Assembly (NCBI RefSeq): GCF_001194135.2
Contig: NC_068985.1
Location: 31,232,513-31,296,512 of the forward strand
Source of the DNA: Octopus bimaculoides
Taxonomy: Eukaryota
DNA: 64,000 bases
Direction of reading: 5' to 3'
Both the position numbers and the translations under genes were made by a program. Shown here in pieces: positions 26,201-38,900 of this stretch. The notes under the pieces are model-generated. The model saw only the letters and a list, made by a program, of their open reading frames with translations, had not been told where the DNA came from and did no database searches. Position 1 is the first letter of the stretch. Every line of letters begins with the position of its first letter.

Positions 26201-29200
26201 TAAGCCATGACTAATTATGACCATTTAACATTCAGATTCATTGATGCAATGCATTATTTATCTACATTTTAAAAAATTAACCATGTAGTATCTTGCAGCT
26301 TCAAAATTTTGAAGATGTGATTGTTTATGCATTTAAAACAGCCATATCTGGCCCAAATAATCTATCTATTTTATGTTCAAACCAGACAGATCCAGCCTCT
26401 CACACCTACTTTACAATGTCATTCTAAAAGTATGCAATTACATCATCATCATCATTTAACGTCCATTGTCTGTGCGAGTATGAGTTGGACAGTTTGACCA
26501 GGGCTGGCAAACAGGAAGGCTGTAACTAGGCTCCAGTCTGTTTCGGCAAGGTTTCTACAACCGGATGCCCTTCCTAACACAAACCACTCCAAGAGTGTAA
26601 TGGGTGCTTTTACGTGCCACTGGCATGGATACCATTTGCGTGACACTGGTATCTGCCACGACTGCAGTTTAACTTGGCTTGATGGGTCTTCTCAAGCACA
26701 GAATAATGTCAAATGGACTCAAGTCATTGCCTCTGTGAGGCCCAATGCTCAAAGCCCAGCATAATATCAAATAGTCTCAGTCCTTTCCTCCATGAGGCCC
26801 AGCACTCGAAAGGTGCTTTTACATGCCACTGGTACAGGTGCCATTTGCGTGACAGCAATATCTGCCACGATTGTGATTTTACTTGGCTTGATGGGTCTTC
26901 TTCTCAAGCACAATATAATACCAAAGGTCTCAATCACATCACTGACATCTCAAAAGTGAGATAATGAATGATTAATTCAAAAGAATGTGAATAAATAAGT
27001 ACTACATTTGACAGAATATAAAAAAAGACAAGAAAAAAAAAAGGACACCTTACTTCAACAACAATTTTTTTCTCGCCATATACACTATCTCCAACGACCA
27101 TATTTTTTGTAACCAATACATCTTCTTTACCACGAGCAATAAAAACACCTATTTGAAGTAAGATTAAAACTATTAGATACATGAAATAAAACAGGACATC
27201 TTAATGAAAGTAAAACACAATCAAAATAAGCACTGAAGACTGTCACTATTAGCTTACCTTCATGTCTGTGAGGTTCAATTATAACTTTCTGCCCACCTCT
27301 CATACCACCTCGGCCACCTAAAAAACAAACAAATTTAAGTGTACTCTCAAGACTATTATCAGGAAGAGTAAAAGCACTAAATAGCACCAAATATTTTAAG
27401 AAAATAAGACTCAATTAAAAAGATATTTACCCCCACGTCCTCTGCCGCCAAATCCTCCTCTGCCACCGAATCCTCCTCTGCTACCAAATCCTCCTCTGCC
27501 ACCTCCACCCCGGCCACCAAATCCTCCTCTACCACCACCGCCACCTCTACCACCAAAGCCTCCACGTCCACCAAAGCCACCACGACCACCTCCACGTCCA
27601 CCACCTCGAGGTGAGAATCCTGAAAGAAAGAAAACAGAACATTATTTAAATTATTTTACATGGTATTAAATCCTGAATGAAGTTACAAAATCTTTGAATG
27701 TCAATCTTGATATTATAATGAAAATTAATAGAATCAACAATGACCACAGTTTTAATAAATTTGAGTATTAAGGCAGCTAGCCGGCCAAATCATTAGTATG
27801 GCAGGCAAAATGCTTAGCATTTCATCCATCTTTACATTCTGAATTCAAATTCTGCTGAGGTTGACTTTGCCATTCATCCTTTCAGGGTCAATAAACTAAG
27901 TACCTGTTGAATACTGGAGTCGATGTAATGAACTTACTCCCACCCTCAAAATTGATGGCCTTGTGCCAAAATTTGAGTATTGAAACTATTTAAGGACAAC
28001 CACTATGTTGCTAGTTTTGTTTATCTGCAAAAATATCATTCAACATTTAGTGTTTCTTTAATTTTGATATCTTACCGATGAAAGCAGGCAGAAATACATT
28101 GTGATTATCAGTTACATCTCATTCTGAGAATCAAATCACATTAGGGTTACTTTTATCTTTCAGCCTTCCACTAACAAAATAAGTAGTACAGTAAATTTAA
28201 CAGTGTTCTCTCACTTTGTGAAAAAGTCAGTAAATCGATTTTCTGGTAACTTAGATTCTGAGATTTCTTTTTCAGCTTGCTACCTCACCATCAAATTATT
28301 CTGCTACATCTTATTCAATTCAAAATATAGTTTCATCAAGAGAATTCAATGCTTTCAATTCTCAGTTAAAATTTGGTAAATAACTTGGTCAAGCCTTCAA
28401 GTTTACAATGCTCTTATTGGCTGGTTCTCTGTCAATAACAACAATGAGTATTCAGTGGTTCAATCAAATGAATTACCTGCTCGTTGAATTAATGATGTTA
28501 ATACACCTCCTCTGATAGACAGGAAGAATATTATCTCACTTGGAAACAGGTGAGAGTTGACATCAGAAAGGGCATCATATAGAAAATCTACACACAAATA
28601 GTTCTGCATATATGTATATGCATTTTTTTATAGGCACAGGCATAGCTGTATGGATGAGAAGCTTGCTTCTCAACCACATGGTTTCAAGTTCAGTCCAACT
28701 GTGCAGCACTTTGAGCAAGTGTCTTCTATAAACTCAGACCAACCAAAGGCTTGTGAGAGAACTTGGTAGGCCAAAGTTCTCTTTTGTGTATGTGTGTCAA
28801 AGTGCTTGGACCTCCTTTGACGGATAAGAAGATTGAGCATTTCACAGATACAATGTAATTCTTAAGCAGAATCAGCATGACAGTGTGTGACAAAGCTGTA
28901 CCTTTGAATTACAGGTAGAGTCCATCCATCAGACACCTGTACAGTTTCCATCTACCCAACTTCACTCACAAAGATATGGGGTGATCTCAGTCTATAAAAA
29001 AAAACGACACTTGATCAAGTTGCCATGCAGTGGAATTAAACCAAGGGTCTCGTGATTATGAAGCAAACTTCTTAACCAATTGGCCACAATGCATCTATAC
29101 TTGTTATTTAACCCCAAGTTAGACCCTAATCAAACAGACCTACAATCAAAAGCATTCTGACAATGACCATCCTGTCTTTTTTTTCTTTTCTTTTTTCAGG

Positions 29201-32200
29201 CATAATATATCCTGGACTAGATTGCCTGATATTTCTATCCTTTTCTCAGATAGCAGAATGTATATGCTACTTCTAACTAGTCAAGCAACGACAAGGACTC
29301 TCTTGTAAACCAATGGGAGCAGGGCTGAAGCATGAATTTTTCAAAGGTGATGGTTGCTACATCCAAGAGCTACGACAAACAGGCTTCACAACTTGGGGCG
29401 TTTCTTTGTTTTTCATAATTTTACACATTCACAATTACTGTAGTCACATTTTCTCTAATATCTAAATCAGATATGTTATATCAGGAGACACTTTCTCTAG
29501 TTTGTGTCTTTTGCTTGCCAATTTCTAGAAACCATGTTTCAAGTATTTTTTGAAGCTGATATTTTTTTTCTTTCCTTCTTTCAATAATTCAAAATCAACA
29601 ATACATCAGAATGCTTTCATATAAAATTCTGCAAAGTTTAAATACCAAAGGTGAACATTATTTTAATTTTTTCTTTGGCATGGTCCTACTAAATTTTGGC
29701 CTGTATAAAGCCTTTCTTTTCATATTATAAATAATACATAAAAAATTCTAATTCATAATTAAGCTTATCTTGAAATTCTCTGAGGGAATTTATTGCTAGT
29801 TAGGTTAAATGAACAGTAAATATTCTACGATAAAATTTAATTACATTGTTAGGAATTAAAATTGTGTAAATTATTAAGTTTAAACTAGAAAAAAACCTTT
29901 TGCTCTAGAAACCAAGTGAAACAGGAACTTTTTGCAAATTATTTTTCAATTTATTATTCTGTAAATGGTTATAATCATGCAGGAATACAAACCATGTTTT
30001 AAAAAAAATCTTCAGTAAATTTCTGTTGATAATTAGTTACTATGTTCAATACATATGATTTAAGTCTAAATATATATCAATTGATAATTAATCCACTAAT
30101 CACTTAAATACCAGGTTTCCCCGATGTATTTTAAAACTTTTGAAGTTACAGAATCTGCTAAATTAAAGAATGCTCCAAAATAATCCTGAAATCTATACAT
30201 TACTGAACTATATGAATAATCAACAGATCATTTTGTGTGTTCCTAAACTGTGCCAATTTACTATGTCACTATTTCATCGCAAGTTACTTTCAGCCTGTCG
30301 TATTGTTTTTACATAAAAGAAGCAAAAAGATTTCCAAAACACGTCGCTTTATTTCAACATCTCAATTGTCTTTTTTTAAATATCAAATCACGTAACGTTT
30401 TTTTTATTAAGGTACAAAGTGTGCCTTAATCATAATTTGTAGAATATACTGACACATGATGTTACAGCCAGTTTATCAAATAAGAAGTTAGCAATTATAA
30501 ATTAGTCAACGTATTAGGTATTTATGCCCCATATGAAGTTTTACTAGGGACTTACTTATTCTCACAGAATGGTTCAATGGCACTGATGATTGGTCAGTCT
30601 GTTCCACCTGCAGTGTGTGCTGCACTCACTGAATAGGAGTTGTTTGAGCACTGACATTCACCCTTGCAGGCCAATGTTGGTAGATTATTGTCTTATCTGT
30701 TGAGCTGGCAAACTGAAGGCAACCTGTTTCTCTGGACTGCAAGTGTGACCTGTTGCACTGGAGCAGTCGTCCATCACTGTGCATTTTGACGATGGTTACC
30801 ATATCTAATTTTCTTGAAGGACAGACACTCTGCTGCCTATAACTTAATTCAGGAAGGCCTTTAGCATTTCCGTTGTTATTTCTTTCTTCTGGCATTCAAC
30901 CTTTCTCAGATTTGATTGTCTTTACAATCTGTGATAGTAAATATTTCCTTACCGTTATTAAGACTTCTCTCTCCTCCGTTTTCTGGGTACGGATAGGTTT
31001 CTTCTTGGTATGGATCATATGGGATACTTGCTCCAAACCAATGTGGACGGGGATTTCTGTTTTGGTACATAGTTGTTTTTGTAAGGCAAAATTTTTCAAA
31101 ATGGTGTAACCTGTGGCATTTTCTGCATTCTTTGTTAAATGCATGACAGTCTTTTTTTCTCTTTCCATGGTTTTTTCCACATCTTCCACACGATCTGGTA
31201 TTTTTCACCGTTATTTCATGACATGAGTCAGTTTTTCCTTCATTAGCATCATTATAACATGTACTGCTTTCTATCGTAACTTCATATGTCCGTATGCTCT
31301 CAATAGCTAACTCGAGAGTAAGATCTGGTTCGTCTACAAGATTTTTTATTTCATTTCTCCATTTCAGTCCTTTTATTATTTGTTCAAGGATTCTCTCCTC
31401 CTGGTTTGTGCCGAAGTCGCATCTTTCGGCTTTTGATTTAAGTCGATCTAAATATTCGTCAACTGACTCTTCAATTTGTTGTATTAAAGAGAACTCTAAG
31501 CGTTCAACCCATTTGTTTGGTTTTTCTATCTGATGGGCTTCAGAAGTTCTGAATAGGTTTGCTGATATTTCTTCCTGTTCAGCCGTCATTAATTCTCGAC
31601 CCTCACCTATGCTAAGTAAAATATAGCTGTTTAAGTTTTTCGTCTAGTTCGTTAGCAATGAAATAAGAGCTCATAAAATCGACCCATTTGTTAAGTCTCG
31701 CACTTGTTCTCGTTAGACAGAATCTTGGGAATAGGATTAATGACGCCACCATTTCTCACGCTTGCCGCTCGATTCAGTTCACTTGGACACGTTTAAAAAA
31801 AAAACACAGAAAACTCCTTTACCATATGACCATCACCTTTGCAATTATTTGCTTTCATTTTTTTTTTATTACTTTTTTAATCTGTAAATATAACAGGCAT
31901 ATCGCTGTACCACTGCCACTAAGGCATATTTGTTGTTTTACACAAATGAAGCAGACGGATTTTTAAAATATGTTACTTTATTTCGCCACCTAAATAATGT
32001 TTTCTTAAATAGAAAACCACGTGATTCATGAAGGTACACTCAAGGGGACGTATCATCGATACATCATGGCCCAGAGATATAATTCGTATTTGTGTTGAAT
32101 AACAACTGCATTAAAATGCCTGACCAGAGATTTTATGAACGAAATAAAATTGTCATTAGGAACTTTATTTTTCTTAGTATGATTATTTTTATTCTAAATT

Positions 32201-32760
32201 CAAGAATTTAAAATCTGTATGGTTCTTAAAATACATAACTGAATAAACACAAGTTTTGCACAACTGATCAATACAATATTATAAAAAATCTTTCTAACGT
32301 CGATGACAATATGAAATAGTATGTTTTTAATTTAATTTTCAAACATTAAAATACTACAGCAAAGCAATTTCTCCACTCTTGCATTAATAGTAATTGCTTT
32401 CGTCCTTTTGCGCAGTATACCGACACATGCTGTCATTCAACAAGATAGACATGTTTTCATTTAAACAAATATACATTCATTTGATTAATTTAAAACACTA
32501 CATCTTCAATGGTTTCACATTAATATATAAACATGAGTAACAATCTAAAATGCTCAATGAGACAAAAAAAAAAAGTGAGGGATATTTCGATATAGTCATA
32601 ATACAAAGTGACCATGCGGGAGTAATTCAAACGAGTGCGTACCGATATTCCCTCGCCCGCATTTCCTCAGCCCTTCTGTAAATATTTCAAAGGAATCGAG
32701 CCAAAATTTTTGTATTCCGCGATGACTAAACTACGGAATGGTTTATTGATTTACACACAC

Positions 32761-32818
<58 letters not shown>

Positions 32819-32820
32819 TA

Positions 32821-32855
<35 letters not shown>

Positions 32856-33162
32856 GAAACTCAGTGGAAGCCACGTATAATTACGGATGTTATCAACCGG
32901 TTATTTTCATCATACTTAGACGAGGTCCCAAACTTATTATTTGCCTAATGTTATCAGCCGGTTACTGCTGTCGGGAAGTTTTTGTCCCAAAGTGATCGCA
33001 ATAAGAGGCTTCCACTGAATATATAAACAGAACCAACAGGTTACAGTTCAATCACAGTAGAAAATAAACATCGAACATATAGAAAAAATTCCTTACATAT
33101 ATATTATAAAAATATTTTATACATGTCAATAGAAAAGTTTAAGACTTACCGGGAGGACCCAT
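23204..33162 (-). CDS. FBL: rRNA 2'-O-methyltransferase fibrillarin, 312 aa, 8 coding exons
   Basis: Exons (minus): 33150-33162, 27431-27619, 27258-27317, 27054-27148, 25676-25846, 24391-24523, 24183-24295, 23204-23368; 939 nt, all GT-AG and in phase. GAR domain [15 protein letters not shown]..., [68 protein letters not shown]...PPPKK*. Confidence 0.98.
30906..31589 (-). mobile_element. Ty3/Gypsy gag remnant ORF (227 aa) with CCHC zinc knuckle, inside FBL intron 1
   Basis: ERLEF...[31 protein letters not shown] and [14 protein letters not shown] (CX2CX4HX4C); the gag N-terminal part ([17 protein letters not shown]) is in another frame upstream. Confidence 0.75.
32862..33017. mobile_element. 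Small MITE with 11-bp TIRs (pogo/Tc1-like)
   Basis: cagtggaagcc at 32862 and ggcttccactg ending 33017. Confidence 0.5.
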
Positions 33163-33191
33163 TTCAGATAATTATTTCGAACTAAATTATC

Positions 33192-33285
33192 CACGTGCGT
33201 CTAAAGGAAGTAGTTAACTGAATTGTGGAACTCTTCGACAATGAAAAGTTATTTGCTCATCAAAGTTTGACTTCCTCTCACGAGA
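33192..33285 (-). promoter_or_regulatory. FBL core promoter candidate: TCT/TOP start, E-box, palindromic TCTCNCGAGA-like motif and ETS core
   Basis: Minus-strand CTTCCTTT (33210-33203) ~45 nt above the ATG, CACGTG at 33192-33197, TCTCGTGAGA at 33285-33276 next to GGAAG (33275-33271). Confidence 0.5.
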
Positions 33286-33886
33286 CCGGGTAAAAACTAT
33301 TCTGGAACCAAATAACGAAATTTAATAAAGTCAATTAGAAGTAATATGCATTTTTAATATTTGATCTTCTAGTAATATTTTCGACATAAGCGCATATTTT
33401 GCATCGACAAATGGAAATGATGTTAGAGGAATGAGAATTAATTTATTTTGTTTTACATGCGCGTGTATGTACGTAAATAAGTCGTCTAAAAGTCCATAAG
33501 TCAGGAAAAAGATACACTTGTATTTCTGTTAATACACTGGTTATATTACCCGAAGTGGGCGGAGATAAAGATCATGGACCGCACCCTATTTGCGATTTTG
33601 GGGGATTTTATTTTTATATGAACACACTATATGGAGGGCGGAGATTCCGAATCTGCAAAAAAATCTGCATTTCAAAATTCAAATCCCACCCCTAAATTTC
33701 TTAAATTTTCACTTAAAAAAATTTTTTTTTTGGCGAAATACGTAGAAAATACGGAGATTATGATTCTGAAGAAAAAAAAATTCTGTCCTTCATTCCCAGG
33801 GAGTGGTACACATGTCATTCATTTCCAGAACGTTGTACACGTCATTCATTTCTAGGAAGTTGTACACACCCAGAGGATTCCTTATT

Positions 33887-33978
33887 GGCTATCTCTGATG
33901 AGCGTAGGGTTATACAATCAGATTGTTACCTAACACTCCGTCATATCCCTAGCGCAAAACCGATTGGTAAGATCAGCC
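33887..33978 (+). ncRNA. Type I hammerhead ribozyme with a single core substitution (G12A)
   Basis: Helix I ggctatct / agat(c)agcc, CTGATGA 33895-33901, helix II gcgtaggg / cccta(g)cgc, AAAA at 33956-59 instead of GAAA, helix III ACC-gatt-GGT, triplet GTA 33967-69. Confidence 0.7.
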
Positions 33979-34900
33979 GTGATGAATATATAATACTGTA
34001 CACTTCGGATAATATATATTTTAATGGTGACTACAGTAGCAGGGACGTCAGTACCAATGGTAGAGGCACCAGTAACAGTGACAGGAGCAAATGTTAATAG
34101 ATAAACATTTCACTAGTTTGCATAGATACAGATACGTTTTCAACAGGCACGACCTTAGGGTCTCTTTTAGCTGTGCCCCCAGTATTAAGAGCATTCTAGT
34201 TAGCATCTCTAGACTACAAGTGAAGGCAGGATATTCATGCAAGGACTGCAACAGATGTTCATTGAGGGACCACTGTGAAACCAAGGGCATTGTCTATGAA
34301 GTCAAGGTACTGGCCAACTCTAACAGCAGCAGCTCCCCTAACGGTGACTACAGTTGCAAGGACATTAGTACCAATAGTAGCAGCAGCAGAAATGTGAACA
34401 GAACCAACAGCACCATTGCCAGCAATAACAACATCAATGACAGTATCCCTAATGACCACAGCAGCATCAGCATCCCTAATGGCTACGTCTACAGCAGCAG
34501 GCTCGACAGTTCCAGTAGCTGCAGTGGCAGTACCATCAGCAGCAATAACAACAATAACATCGAAGATAAGCAATGGCGTTATCCCTAACAGAAACAGCAG
34601 CAAAGACATTGCTAATGACATCTACAACAACAATGACAGTGCTTCCATCAATGGTGATAGCCATAATAACAATAATGGCAACTTGGCCAACACTGGCAAT
34701 GGCAGCACCAACACCATCACCACCTCCAATGACGCCAACACCAGCAGTACCAGCACCAGCAACAGTGGCAGGAGCAACAGACACACCACTGTCATCACCC
34801 AACCACAGAGATACATCGGTTGTTCCAGGAACTCATTCAAGCAATGCCTCTCCAACCACAGATCCTCTTTAAGGATACCGGAAAGGAGATTCGTCACGTC
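33887..34900 (+). mobile_element. Penelope-like element remnant (GIY-YIG endonuclease) with a low-complexity expansion
   Basis: FNRHDLRVSFSCAPSIKSIL...C..C...HCETKGIVYEVKV (ORF 34091) and QRYIGCSRNSFKQCLSNHRSSLR (ORF 34416), the GIY-YIG motifs of Penelope elements; hammerhead at the 5' end. Confidence 0.8.
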
Positions 34901-35459
34901 ATTAGCCAGCCATATTTTACCCCCAGGCTCCACTATAACTTTCCAAAAAATGAATGCCCACTGGTGGTTGGAAAAAAAAACAACTTTATTTTTAATATTT
35001 CACCACAATTATTTAATACAAAAGAATCTACTAGTATGTCTTTTATTAAGTACTGAGTACAAAAAAAGTACATTATTGACTAAGATAAAAATGGTGAATC
35101 ACTTTAATGAGAATCTTGTGCCTGACAACTACAGCACCACACCCCACCACACTTTTTTCTAGGTCCCACATTGGAAATCACTGCCTTAGAAGGACACTCT
35201 CCTGAGAGAATGTTTAAGAACCTGGATGAAAAATCTTTTTAATCTGGCTATATATCATGAGACTATTTGTATTTTGTATGCAGAATGCTCCTCTAACTGA
35301 ATTTATCTCAACCATATCCATTGATCATAGAGCTAAGGAAAAATAAAGGAAAAGTATGGTGCTGATTATGTATATCAACAATATGTTGAAGGAAAATACC
35401 TCAGAAGAGCATGTGGCGTATTAAATGCAAATGCTGTTGAATCTTACATATATAATGTT

Positions 35460-35830
35460 TTTTTTATGTTGGCATTCCATCGCTTACGATATCGAAGGTT
35501 CCAGTTGATCCGATCAACGGAACAGCCTGCTCATGAAATTAACGTGCAAGTGGCTGAGCACTCCACAGACACGTGTACCCTTAACGTAGTTCTCGTGGAT
35601 ATTCAGCGTGACACAGTGTGACAAGGCTGACCCTTTGAATTACAGGCACAACAGAAACAGGAAGTAAGAGTGAGAGAAAGTTGTGGTGAAAGAGTACAGC
35701 AGGGTTCGCCACCATCCCCAGCCAGAGCCTTATGGAGCTTTCGGTGTTTTCGCTCAATAAACACTCACAACGCCCGGTCTGGGAGTCGAAACCGCGAGTC
35801 CACTGCCCTAACCATTGGGTCATTGCACCT
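35460..35830 (-). mobile_element. tRNA-derived SINE
   Basis: Reverse complement of the 3002-3367 family (ggcagtggactcgcggtttcgactcccagacc head). Confidence 0.75.
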
Positions 35831-35943
35831 CCACATATATAATGTAACTAGTTACAAAAGCTTTGATGAATTGAATCCAACCTATTAGTTTACTAGATGC
35901 ATGAGATTTCTACAAATGTTAGGCCTCACTATCAATGAATATG

Positions 35944-38900
35944 TGTAGGAAAGTGGTTATACACCATTAGGTGTATACCCGCTTCCGTACATTAAATTTC
36001 TTGAAGAAACAACGGAACGCAGATTCTGAACTATCAACACAACAATATTTATTTACAGAGGAAATAGGCAGCACTTCGCCCTTTGGTTGCTGAGACGCCG
36101 TCAATGATGTTGGTGGTTATTTGTCTAGCTCCAGAGTTGGAATGTTGGAGACAGACTGCTATGTCTTGGCTCTTCGTCAGCCGGCGAGAAAGAGAAATGA
36201 ATAAGGGCGCGAAGCTTGGATATCGATGACTACGCATGCGCATGAGACTCTTCCTGTGTTCCTTCCGGAACTAGTCCCTGCGCATGCGTGGATAATCTTT
36301 CCAGAAATGTTGTCTGCTATTTAAGGCATCACTACATGGCTCCCCTGCAAGTGCCGAAAGCACAAAAATAGAAAATTTGGAGGGACGCCTGAGGCAAGAT
36401 GGCCACCGAAACCACCCACCAGATGTGGCACAAACATACACAAAGAAAAATCAAAGAAATGAGTGTACACTTGTGAGATACATGCATGCAATGTATAAAT
36501 GAATTGACAATGACAAAACAACCGTGATGACAACTGTCCAGGAAACTGGAATCACTTGATGTAAAAGTCTGATTTTTTTGTTTTTTCTGAAAGGAAAGAA
36601 AATATATGAGTGCACAAGTGTGTGTGTGAGAGAAAACACAGAACATAGTAAAAGTGTCTGTAATATAGACTGTGAAAAGTCTTAAAACACTGAGATAGAG
36701 AAAACCAATTCATATTAAAATTCCACAAGGAGATAGAATGTTCATACGCAGGAAGTTGCGGTCAAGGAGCAGAGCTGTAGTTGAGCGTCGGATGCTGGGA
36801 TNNNNNNNNNNNNNNNNNNNNNNNNNNNNNNNNNNNNNNNNNNNNNNNNNATATTAAAATTCCACAAGGAGATAGAATGTTCATACGCAGGAAGTTGCGG
36901 TCAAGGAGCAGAGCTGTAGTTGAGCGTCGGATGCTGGGATCTGTGTTACCTGGTACGGAATATTCTGGCTGGTTAGTTTTGGTCTGTAGATCGTGAGTGG
37001 AAACATCCACTCTAACAGGGTCGAGATAAAACTGCGCTTGTTGATGTTGGTTGCTTGTGTACGTGTAGAAGACATGTTGCTGCTGGCGACGTCGGGGGCG
37101 ATGCTTGTAGTTCGCAGTGGTTGTTGATGTCATTGCTGGAAACTGACTGGAGCTGTGTTCTGTATGTGTGTTTGCGATGGTGTATGCATTGGTAAAGATG
37201 TTGACAGTGGTGTGTGTGGTGTTTGAAAAACGGGCATGTCGTACACAAAAGTTGAGGGTTTGTCAAGGTACGCTTTTTCAGACGGTCGACAGACACAATC
37301 TCTGTACGACCATTAGTGTTGACCTTGAAATTCAACCCAAGACTGCGGGTTGGGCAACGCATGTAAGGCAGCCTTAAATTACCTATGAAAACGCTCAACC
37401 ATCCCATTAGAAGCGGGATGGTAGCTGGTGGTGCGTATCATCATCATCATCATCATCATCGTTTAACGTCCGCTTTCCATGCTAGCATGGGTTGGACGAT
37501 TTGACTGAGGACTGGTGAAACCGGATGGCAACACCAGGCTCCAGTCTGATTTGGCAGAGTTTCTACAGCTGGATGCCCTTCCTAACGCCAACCACTCAGA
37601 GAGTGTAGTGGGTGCTTTTACGTGTCACCCGCACGAAAACGGCCACGCTCGAAATGGTGTCTTTTATGTGCCACCCGCACAAGCCAGTCCAGGGGCACTG
37701 GCAACGATCTCGCTCGAAAATCCTACAGGAGCCAGTCAGGCGGTACTGGCGGAGAGAGANNNNNNNNNNNNNNNNNNNNNNNNNNTGACAGGGCGTCTAT
37801 TTGAGAGGTACCGTTGAGTGGCATCGCTGGAAAATGCTGTCATGAATTCGGAGCTGCGAGCGAAAATGACCAAAAGATCCCGTGCAAATGAAGATAAGCC
37901 AGTAACTCTTCCATTCTCCGGCCGAGAGAAACAGAGAGGTGACGAAATATGCTGAACTGCGAACAAGTAAGCATCAACAAATGTTATGTACTCACTGAAA
38001 TGTAACTGTGCATTTTACTGCTATTTTCAGCAAGTAGAGGATGCTGTGTAAGAATGAATTGACGTCTCGTGAAACATGTAGGAAACTGCTCAAAAAGTTG
38101 TTAGGATGAAATAACCGTGAAGTTTTTGTGTGAAAAGCCACAAAGGTCTTAGCAATAAAGAAGTCTTTGGTTATAGGCTCTGGAAGTCATTGACAAAATG
38201 AAAAACTTTAACGTAGAAAAATTGTCTTAGCTTTTCACTTGTGTTTAATGAGAATGTAGAGGCAATCCTGAAGTTGAACGTCGCGAAACATACGAATTCA
38301 ATGGCTGTTGAAACGAGGTCTGTAGATCTTTTAGCTCGGGGTACCAATTGTAGTATTATTGGTCGGCAGATCAGAATTTCCACTGCAGTTGGTCTTTATT
38401 CGGGGTCATCAATTGTAGGGAAGTACCGTGTGATGACCAAAAGAATGTCCTGCAGCTGTGAAATAAGCTGATGCGAGTGATAGTGTGTATTCTCTATCTG
38501 TGATGAGCATGTTGACGGCTCGTGTAGTATTGTCGGTCAGCAGTTCAGATTTTCGGCTGCTGTTGTTCTTACTCGGGGTCACCAATTGTAGGAATTCTCC
38601 GGGCTGCGTTTGTTCTTGAGTCAGGGTCACCAATTGTAAGAAAGTGGTTATACACCATTAGGTGTATACCCGCTTCCGTACATTAAATTTCTTGAAGAAA
38701 CAATGGAACGCAGATTCTGAACTATCAACACAACAATATTTATTTACAGAGGAAATAGGCAGCACTTCGCCCTTTGGTTGCTGAGACGCCGTCAATGATA
38801 TTGGTGGTTATTTGTCTAGCTCCAGAGTTGGAATGTTGGAGAGAGCCTGTCTCCAGAGTTGGAATGTTGGAGAGAGACTGCTACAACGTCTTGGCTCTTC

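Noticed and set aside
27377-27604. ORF-track protein [13 protein letters not shown]...
   Set aside because: Alternative frame of the fibrillarin GAR exon.
32865-32920. Minus-strand ATGATGA...CTGA pair in FBL intron 1 that looks like a C/D snoRNA
   Set aside because: The D box lies inside the TIR of a small MITE (cagtggaagcc), there is no terminal stem and no recognisable target.
36712-36940. Direct repeat on either side of the N run at 36802-36850
   Set aside because: Identical sequence on both sides of a gap, typical of unmerged contig overlap; the same applies at 61740-61850.
38336-38640. CRISPR-like reading of the PBS repeats
   Set aside because: Eukaryotic context, irregular spacing and homologous spacers; reported instead as a PBS array.
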